This document shows, piece by piece, positions 22,125 through 30,470 of a stretch of 64,000 nucleotides of DNA (position 1 is the stretch's first letter; each line of letters begins with the position of its first letter). Origin of the DNA: Candidatus Chisholmbacteria bacterium (GTDB lineage Bacteria; Patescibacteriota; Microgenomatia; UBA1400; Chisholmbacteraceae); assembly GCA_963704905.1 (NCBI GenBank), contig CAVPHZ010000002.1, forward strand, positions 203,011 through 267,010. Reading direction: 5' to 3'. Made by a program: the position numbers and the translations under genes. The notes under the pieces are model-generated. The model searched no databases. It saw only the letters and a program-made list of their open reading frames with translations, and was not told the DNA's origin.

Positions 22125-23396
22125 ATGGAACGAGAAACCTCGAGTCGCTATAACGAGCTCGCCCCAGTACTAAAAGCTACCCGCTATCCTGAACTCGAAG
22201 AAATAGGCATACCCTACCAAGAAACAGAAACGCGAAATATCGGCAGCATAACAATGGTAACTACAGGGCTTGGATACCTTGAAACAAATCAAGATTTAGC
22301 CGAGCAACTTCCACAAAGCCTTCTCGTTGAAAAAGGAATTCTCAGAGACGGAGTTCTACGGCCAGAAGTCATTACAAAACTTACAGGATTTGAATCTCGT
22401 ACCCAATTATACCGTTTAGGAATAAGTATTGAGCAGAGTTTAGACATTGTCCACGCTGGGGCAAAATCAGTAGCACGGCAAGCTCTCAAACAAGCAAAAT
22501 GGCAGTCTCAGGATGTGGATGTTCTAGTAACGCTTGGCAGTTATACTCGAAACAATTACGGATTTGACATCCTCAGTTCGTTAAACGCTAAAAATGCAGC
22601 GTTGCTCGAAGTGATCTGCGCCTGTCCTGCTCCTGCAATTGCGTTGAATATGCTTTCCCAGTTACATCAGCAGGAAAATAGAAATCTGCGAGTGTTAATC
22701 ACTGGAGCGGAAGTGTTCAGTCACATTAAAGAAGAAGATCGTCTTCTGTTTGCAGACCGAATGTTGGCAATCACGCTCACCTTAGGTGAGGACATTTCCA
22801 TCCTCTCCCCTTTAGTCTGGGGAGAAACAGTTCGTGAATACCCAGCAGAAAGCAAATATCTCAGCGTCGCCTCACCGCATTACAGTCTGGAAGGCTTCAC
22901 AACTAAGGGAGGTGTCATTCACCAAAAACAAGTCAATATCAATGGCCAGAATCACACGCAGTTAAGAAGCAGTCATTCTGATGAATATATCAATGACCCC
23001 GAAAATATTCGTTTGGTAATGATTGGCGATCAAGTTGCAAGATGGATGGCTACTGAAACACATAAACCGGTTGATTCAGCTTTAGCGTATACTGGTTTGC
23101 AATATTCAGATATCAAAATGATAGTTCCTCATGGAGCTAATGGGCGATTCGTGAGGATGCTTCGGCGCATGTTTTCAAGAGAAACAGGCTTAGATTCATC
23201 CGAAATTCCGCCGATCTATTTTGCTACCGAAGATGTTGGAAATTGTTCATCGCTAACTACGCTTCTCGCCCTAACAAGAGCGTTAGACGGATATCATCTC
23301 GATCCAGATAATAAACCTTCCTCTGGCGATAAACTGGTGTTAGTATCAATGGGCGGCGGGCTAGGGACTGCAGCCTCAGTAGTAAAAATTCTTTGA
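22125..23396 (+). CDS. Divergent FabH/KAS III-like (thiolase-fold) condensing enzyme
   Basis: ICACPA (Cys), IVPHGAN (His), VGNCSS (Asn) and LVSMGGGL C-terminal motif. Confidence 0.75.
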   Translation: MERETSSRYNELAPVLKATRYPELEEIGIPYQETETRNIGSITMVTTGLGYLETNQDLAEQLPQSLLVEKGILRDGVLRPEVITKLTGFESRTQLYRLGISIEQSLDIVHAGAKSVARQALKQAKWQSQDVDVLVTLGSYTRNNYGFDILSSLNAKNAALLEVICACPAPAIALNMLSQLHQQENRNLRVLITGAEVFSHIKEEDRLLFADRMLAITLTLGEDISILSPLVWGETVREYPAESKYLSVASPHYSLEGFTTKGGVIHQKQVNINGQNHTQLRSSHSDEYINDPENIRLVMIGDQVARWMATETHKPVDSALAYTGLQYSDIKMIVPHGANGRFVRMLRRMFSRETGLDSSEIPPIYFATEDVGNCSSLTTLLALTRALDGYHLDPDNKPSSGDKLVLVSMGGGLGTAASVVKIL

Positions 23397-23457
23397 AAGT
23401 ATACCTGCCTTGTATTCAACATTGTGAAAATGTAGACTATGCCAGCAGTAAAGACCC

Positions 23458-24555
23458 ATGCCAAAAAGTAAGCATAAAACACAAAACAAAATACGGGTAG
23501 GAATTATTGGTATTGGGAACTGCTTCTCCGGGTTAATTCAAGGAATTGAGTTTTACCGCAAGAATCCAAAAAAAGAAGTCATAGGTCTGATGCATCAAAA
23601 AATCGGGGGATATGAAATTTATGACATCGAAGTAGTAACCGCGTTTGACGTTGCCAAAAACAAAGTAGGCAAACCGCTTCACCAAGCAATTTACGAAAAA
23701 CCAAATAAGGTAAATTGGATAAAACTTCCCAAAAACAAAACGATTGTGAGCGAAGCTCCCGCATTAGACGGTATCGGAATTTATGTCCAAAATCTCATCA
23801 AACCTCTGGATAACGCTCATCGCTCAGATGAGTTAAAAATAAACATAATGAAAGAAATTAAGCGGAGCAAAACAAACATATTAGTAAACTATCTTCCAGT
23901 CGGATCTGATCGGGCAACTCGATTTTGGGCAAATATTGCACTGGAAACCAACTGCGCTTTCGTAAACTGCATCCCATCATTTATTGCTTCAGATAAAATC
24001 TGGGAAAGGAAATTCAAACAGGCTAAACTCCCTGTCATAGGTGATGACATTAAGGGTCAAGTTGGTGCAACCATTGTTCATCGCACACTTGCAAAACTCA
24101 CAGCCGACCGGGGCGCAAAAGTCGATAGATCATATCAACTGAACGTTGGAGGCAATACAGATTTTCTCAATATGAAGGAGATGGAACGGTTGCAAAGTAA
24201 AAAAGTGAGTAAAACTGAAAGTGTGCAATCTCAATTCAAAGAACGTTTACCAGATAATGACATCTATGTAGGACCAAGTGATTTCATCCCCTTTTTAGGA
24301 AACACAAAGTTGTGCTTTATACGTATCGATGGGCGTTTGTTCGCAGACATTCCGTTTAATATAGAACTTCGACTAGACGTTGATGATAAGGCCAACAGTG
24401 CCGGAATTGTCATCGACTGCATTCGTTTTGCCCAGAAAGCGTTAATCGAGAATAAATCAGGATTCCAACAAATATCATGTTTTTATATGAAGCACCCTCT
24501 TTATCAGATGTCTGACTCAGAGGCTCGTGCTCTTGTGGAAAAAAACGTAAATTAA
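23458..24555 (+). CDS. ino1: Myo-inositol-1-phosphate synthase
   Basis: GIGNC, NYLPVGS, GDDIKGQVGAT, QLNVGGNTDFLNM and DKANSAG motifs. Confidence 0.93.
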   Translation: MPKSKHKTQNKIRVGIIGIGNCFSGLIQGIEFYRKNPKKEVIGLMHQKIGGYEIYDIEVVTAFDVAKNKVGKPLHQAIYEKPNKVNWIKLPKNKTIVSEAPALDGIGIYVQNLIKPLDNAHRSDELKINIMKEIKRSKTNILVNYLPVGSDRATRFWANIALETNCAFVNCIPSFIASDKIWERKFKQAKLPVIGDDIKGQVGATIVHRTLAKLTADRGAKVDRSYQLNVGGNTDFLNMKEMERLQSKKVSKTESVQSQFKERLPDNDIYVGPSDFIPFLGNTKLCFIRIDGRLFADIPFNIELRLDVDDKANSAGIVIDCIRFAQKALIENKSGFQQISCFYMKHPLYQMSDSEARALVEKNVN

Positions 24556-24574
24556 AGACACTCTGGGGTATACC

Positions 24575-25198
24575 CTAATCCAAATCTTGTGAAAATGTCA
24601 CGAAGTTATGGATATATCGAATTGTAGTAAATTCACACTCAACGTTTGAGGAGAGAGGCTTTGGAAACGGACCGTAAACCGTCTCTTCTTCTCTAAAATG
24701 ATACTTCTTGAGCATAGTATTTCGAGTCCGAAATAGTGTTGAAATTACTGATCTCTGAGAATAAAAAAGTTCTATTGGAAAATCAAACACCCGTTTATAA
24801 AAGATTTTTCTCGGATGTTTTTGTGTTCGCTGCAAATATCCAGTCAAAAGGGGAGTCGTACCATGAAAGTGGTGCATGATCTTAAATTCAACTTCGTGTC
24901 CACGGTACGTTTCACCAAGTAATACACGATGGAGTCCCGAAGGCACATCTGATGTAGTGAGTAATATGAACGAAGGTTGTTTTCCCTCCCGTAAATCAAG
25001 TTTATAAATCATCTGCATGTCTGGAAAAAGAGTAAATTCGAACCGATCAATATCAAATATCCGTTCTTGATCAACATGTGGGATATTTTTCAGAGTCGCA
25101 AAACGTTCGAACAGGGGATAGTGGGTCTCTTTTTTCCTTCCATCTCCTTCAGTTTGATAATTCAAAAGAAATCGGACATGAACAGCAGATGGTCGCAT
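24575..25198 (-). CDS. Hypothetical protein
   Basis: 207-aa ORF with no recognised motif. Confidence 0.55.
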   Translation of the reverse strand: MRPSAVHVRFLLNYQTEGDGRKKETHYPLFERFATLKNIPHVDQERIFDIDRFEFTLFPDMQMIYKLDLREGKQPSFILLTTSDVPSGLHRVLLGETYRGHEVEFKIMHHFHGTTPLLTGYLQRTQKHPRKIFYKRVFDFPIELFYSQRSVISTLFRTRNTMLKKYHFREEETVYGPFPKPLSSNVECEFTTIRYIHNFVTFSQDLD

Positions 25199-25217
25199 AT
25201 ATTCAGTGTAATTACTT

Positions 25218-25649
25218 CTACTCAGATTTCAACTCGAATAACTCAAGACAGTTCATCAATAGTAATGCTCTGCTCTCAACGACTTGGTCCGCGGTGAATT
25301 GAGCGACATCAACATCCGCAATTGCATTGTTTACAGAATTTGTGCAAATCATTTGCTTTTCTTTATCATCAAACTCTTTAGGGTTACTAATAAACACATG
25401 CTTCCGATGATCATACTGTGAAATATCAATGGCAATCTCAGTACCATTGGCTTTATCCTGAACCAGTATTTTTCCAGAAGAAATTGCATTAGGATTCATT
25501 GTACGAAATCCTGCCTGAAATACTTCTCTCAAGGGATCTTTAAGCAAGAGCAATAGCAAAACAGCTGCTGAAACGAGAACTAATCCAACTGCGATCATGC
25601 TGATAATCAATGCTGGGGAGAGTGATCGCTTTTTACACCTGATGTTCAT
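25218..25649 (-). CDS. Hypothetical membrane-anchored protein
   Basis: N-terminal TM helix in a 143-aa ORF. Confidence 0.6.
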   Translation of the reverse strand: MNIRCKKRSLSPALIISMIAVGLVLVSAAVLLLLLLKDPLREVFQAGFRTMNPNAISSGKILVQDKANGTEIAIDISQYDHRKHVFISNPKEFDDKEKQMICTNSVNNAIADVDVAQFTADQVVESRALLLMNCLELFELKSE

Positions 25650-25719
25650 ACACTATGTAATAAGTATAGCAAGGATTATATTCAGTAGAATTGATGTGAA
25701 ATTATTTGCTACAATAAAT

Positions 25720-25780
25720 ATGCCCGTCCTACTGCTCAGCTCTGGTAGAGCAATCTCCAAAGCTAAACAAGGACGGGCAT
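25720..25780 (+). ncRNA. Candidate small structured RNA with a tRNA D-arm-like hairpin
   Basis: 11-bp terminal stem ATGCCCGTCCT/AGGACGGGCAT enclosing GCTCAGCTCTGGTAGAGC; TGCTACAAT extended -10 just upstream. Confidence 0.4.
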
Positions 25781-25903
25781 TTGTTAGTCTTTATCAATGA
25801 GTCTATCAGCTTTGCATCATTACTAAAAATACAACAATGTACAACTGAATACAGATCTCCTGCTGTTAGGATACTTGAAAGCAATCTTGAAGTGACAACT
25901 AGA

Positions 25904-26053
25904 CTATGTCTTTCCTCGTCCCATATTCTTATTTTTTCCCCACCGTTTCATCATGCCCTGATTTGCATTTTTGCCGAAGCGTTCTTTGCCATACTGATCC
26001 TTTGGCTTCGTTTCAACTTTTTTTCCTTGAAATTTAACTGGGTTATTTTTCAT
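25904..26053 (-). CDS. Small basic Lys/Gly-rich protein (49 aa)
   Basis: Manual translation MKNNPVKFQGKKVETKPKDQYGKERFGKNANQGMMKRWGKNKNMGRGKT. Confidence 0.5.
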   Translation of the reverse strand: MKNNPVKFQGKKVETKPKDQYGKERFGKNANQGMMKRWGKNKNMGRGKT

Positions 26054-26166
26054 GCTGCAATTATACAACGATTTCTTTTCTTTAATTTACGGGTCACTTA
26101 ATCAACTCAATTTGAACCTATTTCGAACAATGTAATAAGAGGTGGGAGTGTATTTAAACAGGCCTA

Positions 26167-26619
26167 TTAGTCTTTCGTTGTAGTGTTCTCAGCTTCCTTT
26201 TCGCTCGTTTTCATTTTTTCAATATTTTTATTTTCAGGAACAGCCTTTTCTACCACTTTCTTTATTTTAGTTTTCTTTGAATGAGGTTTTTTTTGAACAA
26301 TCGACTCAATCAGTGTAAGGATTCTCTCAAGTTTTACATTTAGAGAGCTTACTTGCTCGAGTAATTGTTTGTTTGTATTGTCTCTTTGTTCAAAGCCAGA
26401 TCTTCCAGACCTTCTTGAACTCCCTCCATCCTTTCCTTCAAAACAGTCATTACAAAATATTGGCTTATCTCCACTTGGTCGAAAAGGAACTTCACAGTCT
26501 TTTCCGCACTTATCACATACAGCCTTGTGCATTTCCCTACGCCCAGAGCCACTCCTGCGAAAATCTCCTCCTCCAAACCCTCCACCGCGGGATCTATTGT
26601 TTCGATTGTAATTACTCAT
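26167..26619 (-). CDS. CxxC-x17-CxxC zinc-ribbon protein with RGG-rich N-terminus
   Basis: MHKAVCDKCGKDCEVPFRPSGDKPIFCNDCF motif. Confidence 0.88.
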   Translation of the reverse strand: MSNYNRNNRSRGGGFGGGDFRRSGSGRREMHKAVCDKCGKDCEVPFRPSGDKPIFCNDCFEGKDGGSSRRSGRSGFEQRDNTNKQLLEQVSSLNVKLERILTLIESIVQKKPHSKKTKIKKVVEKAVPENKNIEKMKTSEKEAENTTTKD

Positions 26620-26718
26620 AATTTCCTTTCTTTCTCAATTATACTCCCTAATGTTATTCGACCTATTTTAAATAATAGTAAATTGCTACTCGTTATGTAG
26701 TAGATCTATTTCTGATCT

Positions 26719-26794
26719 TGGGGTGGCTGACGGGATTTGAACCCGCAACATTCGCCTCCACAGGGCGATGCTCTACCATTGAGCTACAGCCACC
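26719..26794 (-). tRNA. tRNA-His(GTG)
   Basis: Cloverleaf with anticodon arm TCGCC-CTGTGGA-GGCGA, G-1 and encoded CCA. Confidence 0.95.
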
Positions 26795-26799
26795 ATAAG

Positions 26800-27672
26800 C
26801 TATGACGAGTCAGACTCTCGTTCCCGAGAAGCGTCAAAGATAACACCCTCTTCCGCTCCAGAGCCTTGCTCTTCCAAATCAATCGCTTTCGCTGTTTCTT
26901 CTTCCGTTATTTCCTGATTCCCAGCCTTCATTGGTTCAGCATGTTCACTATGCATACCCTCACGCTGATTATCTCCCATCTGCACATCTGTTTCAGAGAT
27001 AACGGGTAGAATGTTATCGGTTTTCCAAATTCTTGCCTCTATTGTATCAATAATTAACCGATAAATCCGTCTTCCTTTTGAAAATCCAATCCGACTTATC
27101 GCGATAAAAAGGCGGAATACAAGTTGAAACGCCCAGAAAACCAGAAAAAACATTTGCCCGATCAAAGATCTTTTCGTTCCCTTTTGTCGCTTCTCGGTAG
27201 AAATCATCCAATCTGAAACACTTTCCTTATTATTATTTCGAGGATATTGATGTCGATGGTGTAAATCAATTGGTTTTTCTTGCTTGAGTTGATCAAGATT
27301 AGGCTCAAGCGTTCGATCAATATATTGTTTCTTAATCATGCTTTCCGTCAGTGGAAGTGCGCGATAGACAGGTTCTCCTGTTGTTGATCCATCCTTCTCA
27401 TCTTTATCTTGATGTAGTTGCGGTACGCTTTCCCGGCGTAACTGATCTTCAGCCTCATTCCCCTCAACATGACTCCTGGGTTCAAAGTGACCTGGTTTCG
27501 ACACTGCCCCCGGGGCAATTTGGTGCATCATTTCTTTCCCGATAGAAGTAACCGCATGGCTAAGAGCGCCAAAAGTATCTTCAGCAATATCACCAAATGC
27601 GCCGATTCTGAAGCTAATTCCTCGGGATCTTTTTGATTTGTTTTCTTCAGTAGGAGTGTTATCGTCAGACAT
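26800..27672 (-). CDS. Hypothetical protein with one TM segment
   Basis: 290-aa ORF, mostly low-complexity and acidic, with a single hydrophobic stretch. Confidence 0.6.
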   Translation of the reverse strand: MSDDNTPTEENKSKRSRGISFRIGAFGDIAEDTFGALSHAVTSIGKEMMHQIAPGAVSKPGHFEPRSHVEGNEAEDQLRRESVPQLHQDKDEKDGSTTGEPVYRALPLTESMIKKQYIDRTLEPNLDQLKQEKPIDLHHRHQYPRNNNKESVSDWMISTEKRQKGTKRSLIGQMFFLVFWAFQLVFRLFIAISRIGFSKGRRIYRLIIDTIEARIWKTDNILPVISETDVQMGDNQREGMHSEHAEPMKAGNQEITEEETAKAIDLEEQGSGAEEGVIFDASRERESDSS

Positions 27673-27677
27673 TTGAG

Positions 27678-27957
27678 TTACTTGTCTGAAAATTTGTCAG
27701 TATCCTCAACCGCTCCTACAAGATTTGCCTCATCTGGGGGAATATCTCGGCGTGCTTTTTCATCCTTTTCCATCTCCTCAGCCAGGCTAAATGGCTTTCC
27801 AGGAGCAGGTTTATTTCCGATAACATCTTCCAAATTATCACTCCACATTATCATCAGATGATGTTGATGGCGTACTTCCGCTTACGGAATGTTCTCCTTC
27901 CTCAGCGGGAGTCATAATGTCTTCATCATCTTGATTAAGATCATTTTGATCTGTCAT
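27678..27957 (-). pseudogene. Small acidic protein apparently split by a 1-nt frameshift
   Basis: MTDQND...SSDDNVE* continues as DNLEDVIGNKPAPGKPFSLAEEMEKDEKARR after one extra base near 27840. Confidence 0.45.
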
Positions 27958-27972
27958 GCATCTCCCTTCTAG

Positions 27973-28152
27973 CTAACCCTTAGCTTTTGTTTCTTCCTGA
28001 CTTGCTTCGTCAAGAATAGCATAGTATGCATCCCAAAGTTCCTTGGCCACTTTATGATAACCTTTTCTGGTTGCCTGCTGGGCCTGCCACTTTATATCAT
28101 TGGCCAACTTTCTATCATAATACGCATCTTGCGAAGGATCATCATATCCCAT
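27973..28152 (-). CDS. Small hypothetical protein (59 aa)
   Basis: Manual translation MGYDDPSQDAYYDRKLANDIKW...EETKAKG, with AAGGA Shine-Dalgarno upstream. Confidence 0.55.
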   Translation of the reverse strand: MGYDDPSQDAYYDRKLANDIKWQAQQATRKGYHKVAKELWDAYYAILDEASQEETKAKG

Positions 28153-28191
28153 ATGTTCCTTTTTATTATACTGAATACTTAAATAAGTACA

Positions 28192-28288
28192 TGTTTATAT
28201 TGTAAAATTTGTCATCAATATCTAGTGTTTACACTAAATATTTCTGCAGAGCAAATGAGAAACTGTGTTTATCAAAAATATTACAGTG
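28192..28288. repeat. Tandem degenerate TG-TTTA...GTG elements at the tRNA-Arg 3' end
   Basis: Three consecutive units beginning TGTTTA (TGTTTATATTG, TGTTTACACT, TGTTTATC); the last ends TTACAGTG at the tRNA. Confidence 0.5.
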
Positions 28289-28362
28289 CACCCCCGGGAG
28301 GATTCGAACCTCCGACCTACTGCTTAGAAGGCAGTTGCTCTAATCCACTGAGCTACGGGGGC
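28289..28362 (-). tRNA. tRNA-Arg(TCT)
   Basis: Anticodon arm ACTGC-CTTCTAA-GCAGT and TTCGAAT T-loop. Confidence 0.95.
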
Positions 28363-28382
28363 TCATCAAATGAGCTATTTTG

Positions 28383-28455
28383 AGCGGGAGACGGGATTCG
28401 AACCCGCGACCTTCTCCTTGGAAGGGAGACGCTCTACCAACTGAGCTACTCCCGC
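28383..28455 (-). tRNA. tRNA-Gly(TCC)
   Basis: Anticodon arm TCTCC-CTTCCAA-GGAGA. Confidence 0.95.
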
Positions 28456-28464
28456 GAATGTCAA

Positions 28465-28544
28465 TGAGTGGGAGTATAGCGAAGTTGGTTCTACCAACTG
28501 TTTACGCTGTAAAAAGTATTTTTACAGTGAGCTACTCCCGCGAA
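28465..28544 (-). pseudogene. Rearranged tRNA-Gly relic containing a 29-nt palindromic insertion
   Basis: TCTACCAACTG (28490-28500) and AGCTACTCCCGCGAA (28530-28544) duplicate the neighbouring tRNA-Gly 5' half, split by TTTACGCTGTAAAAAGTATTTTTACAGTG. Confidence 0.75.
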
Positions 28545-28656
28545 ACAATACAATATCTTATCATCTCTTAAAAAGAATCGGACATCCGATATCCAACTTC
28601 GAAATCTCATATTGTACGGGATTAACCTATCCAGTAATTGAGATCCGTTTATATTG

Positions 28657-28728
28657 TCGGGGCGGAAGGAATTGAACCTACTACCTCTCGGTCCCAAACC
28701 GAGCGTTCTACCGATGAACTACGCCCCG
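28657..28728 (-). tRNA. tRNA-Pro(TGG)
   Basis: Anticodon arm CTCGG-TTTGGGA-CCGAG. Confidence 0.93.
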
Positions 28729-28790
28729 TAAAATACTATCTAAATGAACAAATCAATCACTCTGCCTACTACTCCAAACACTGTTATATG

Positions 28791-28854
28791 TGTTTATACC
28801 GTAAATCTCTAGAGAAACGTAGTTTTCTCTCATATTATCAAGAATTTTACAGTG
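28791..28854. repeat. TG-TTTA...TTTTACAGTG palindromic element at the tRNA-Leu(TAA) 3' end
   Basis: TGTTTATACCGTAAA...TTTTACAGTG, sharing its terminal TG with the tRNA end. Confidence 0.6.
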
Positions 28855-28936
28855 CCGAGGGAGGGACTCGAACCCACACGGTGTTGCCACCACGAGATTT
28901 TAAGTCTCGCGCGTCTACCGATTCCGCCACCTCGGC
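28853..28936 (-). tRNA. tRNA-Leu(TAA)
   Basis: Anticodon arm CGAGA-CTTAAAA-TCTCG and long variable arm. Confidence 0.95.
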
Positions 28937-29019
28937 AGGGTAGTAGCTATTGTATCAAACTAATTTTAGTAAGGAAAAGTTTCTCCGAACCATAGTACAA
29001 TACAAAATTGATATAAATT

Positions 29020-29697
29020 ATGATACCGATTCGAGACCATAACCCATCTGGCCGCACTCCTTTTTTCACCTACGCATTGATATCAATCAACAGCTTGATC
29101 TTTCTCTTCATGATCACACTCTCCGAGCCAAGTTTAGAACAATTTGTTGATCAATTCGCTCTTATACCGGCAATGATCACCAATGGCCAGAATTTCTTTA
29201 CCCTAATTACGTCTATGTTTCTCCATGGCGGAATTGGTCATATTGTAGGAAATATGTTGTTTCTCAATATTTTCGGTGACAATCTGGAAAACGTATTAGG
29301 TCACGTCAAATTTCTACTCTATTACCTTATGGCAGGGCTGGCAGGTTCCTTGCTTCAGATAGTCTCCGATCCGACTTCAACAATCCCGAATCTTGGTGCT
29401 TCAGGTGCTATCGCTGGAATAATGGGGGGATACCTCTTGCTGTATCCTCGCCATAAAATCGACGTTCTGTTCTCATTCGGCCTATTTCTCCAAAAAGTTA
29501 CCCTTCCTGCCTACACTATGCTTTTTTACTGGTTTATAGCTCAACTATTTTCTGGAGTAGGGGAGTTAGCTTTTTCATTTACTGAAGGTGTGGCGTATTT
29601 CGCCCACGTAGGAGGTTTCTTAGCTGGTTATCTGACTCTATTGCCAATTAAAAACCGTCTAATTAAAGATAAGCCGAGATTTCTGGGATATTTTTAG
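29020..29697 (+). CDS. Rhomboid family intramembrane serine protease
   Basis: SMFLHGG..HIVGNM, GASGAIAG and AHVGGF motifs. Confidence 0.93.
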   Translation: MIPIRDHNPSGRTPFFTYALISINSLIFLFMITLSEPSLEQFVDQFALIPAMITNGQNFFTLITSMFLHGGIGHIVGNMLFLNIFGDNLENVLGHVKFLLYYLMAGLAGSLLQIVSDPTSTIPNLGASGAIAGIMGGYLLLYPRHKIDVLFSFGLFLQKVTLPAYTMLFYWFIAQLFSGVGELAFSFTEGVAYFAHVGGFLAGYLTLLPIKNRLIKDKPRFLGYF

Positions 29698-30344
29698 GTA
29701 CCTAGTGTGGCAATCGCTCTCTTCCCGCAAACTGGCCAAGCTCCTACTCCATCTTGAGAAATTTTAAATGCCGCTGTTTTAATTGACTCATCGGCTTGGA
29801 ATCGAAGCTCAGGGTTATGTGGAAGACCCATGGCTTTTCGGTTCGAAACCCATGTTCCCCGGGAAAATTGATACATACCCCCATATGGCCCATTTATCGC
29901 CTGGGGCCGGGAACCAGATTCACAATGGGCAATGGTCTTGAGGACATCTTTTGGTACGCTATATTCCTGTGAATACATGTCAAAGAGCGGTTCAAGAGGC
30001 ACTCCTGTTTCCGTCGTGTTAACTTGAACTTCTACTGTATCTGTTACCTCTTCAGTATCAGTAGTAGTCATTTCTATTCCCTCTGGCAGTTCTTCAATGA
30101 TTTCTCCTACAGTATCTCCTCGCTGAAAGCTTCGCATCATCATCACTTGTGTTTCAGAAACCTGTTGAAAATCTCTTGTTCGTGCCAAAAAATCAGCCTC
30201 TTCCACAGCCACAGTCATCGCTGCCTGAGGAGTAATTTTTTCTCGTTCAATAATAGTAGTTGATCGTTTTACGTTCAAAAAGGTAAGCACAGGAAAACTA
30301 GCCAACAGCATACCTAGAAAGAACGGTTTTGTTTGAATGCGCAT
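29694..30344 (-). CDS. Exported Rpf/SLT-like lytic transglycosylase
   Basis: IAHCESG...GGMYQF..TW...G.GAWPVC motif and N-terminal hydrophobic segment. Confidence 0.8.
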   Translation of the reverse strand: MRIQTKPFFLGMLLASFPVLTFLNVKRSTTIIEREKITPQAAMTVAVEEADFLARTRDFQQVSETQVMMMRSFQRGDTVGEIIEELPEGIEMTTTDTEEVTDTVEVQVNTTETGVPLEPLFDMYSQEYSVPKDVLKTIAHCESGSRPQAINGPYGGMYQFSRGTWVSNRKAMGLPHNPELRFQADESIKTAAFKISQDGVGAWPVCGKRAIATLGT

Positions 30345-30348
30345 AAGT

Positions 30349-30408
30349 AAAAAAAGACCCGCAGGTCTTTGAGTTGTTGCATTATAGGATATTGTGAAAA
30401 AAAGTCAA
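30349..30408 (-). promoter_or_regulatory. Sigma70-type promoter followed by a terminator-like hairpin in the 5' UTR
   Basis: Minus strand TTGACT-16nt-TATAAT, then AAAGACC-TGCG-GGTCTTT plus a T run, just before the ATG at 30344. Confidence 0.6.
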
Positions 30409-30470
30409 GTCAGGGCTACTAGGATGATGCCATCGTGGATTTTCAGATGAGCATCTAGAAGGATTACAGC

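Noticed and set aside
25781-26101. 106-aa plus-strand ORF
   Set aside because: TTG start, no motif, and it overlaps a more plausible minus-strand small ORF.
27838-27840. TGA readthrough / genetic code 25
   Set aside because: This TGA is immediately followed by TAA, and several clear genes (mgtE, the PilB-like ATPase, pheS, rnc, rpsP) end in TGA, consistent with code 11.
28380-28943. ORF-track proteins such as MSGRRDSNPRPSPWKG and GAEGIEPTTSRSQ
   Set aside because: These are translations of tRNA genes on the opposite strand; the same applies to the ORFs at 35261, 35483, 36684 and 37225.
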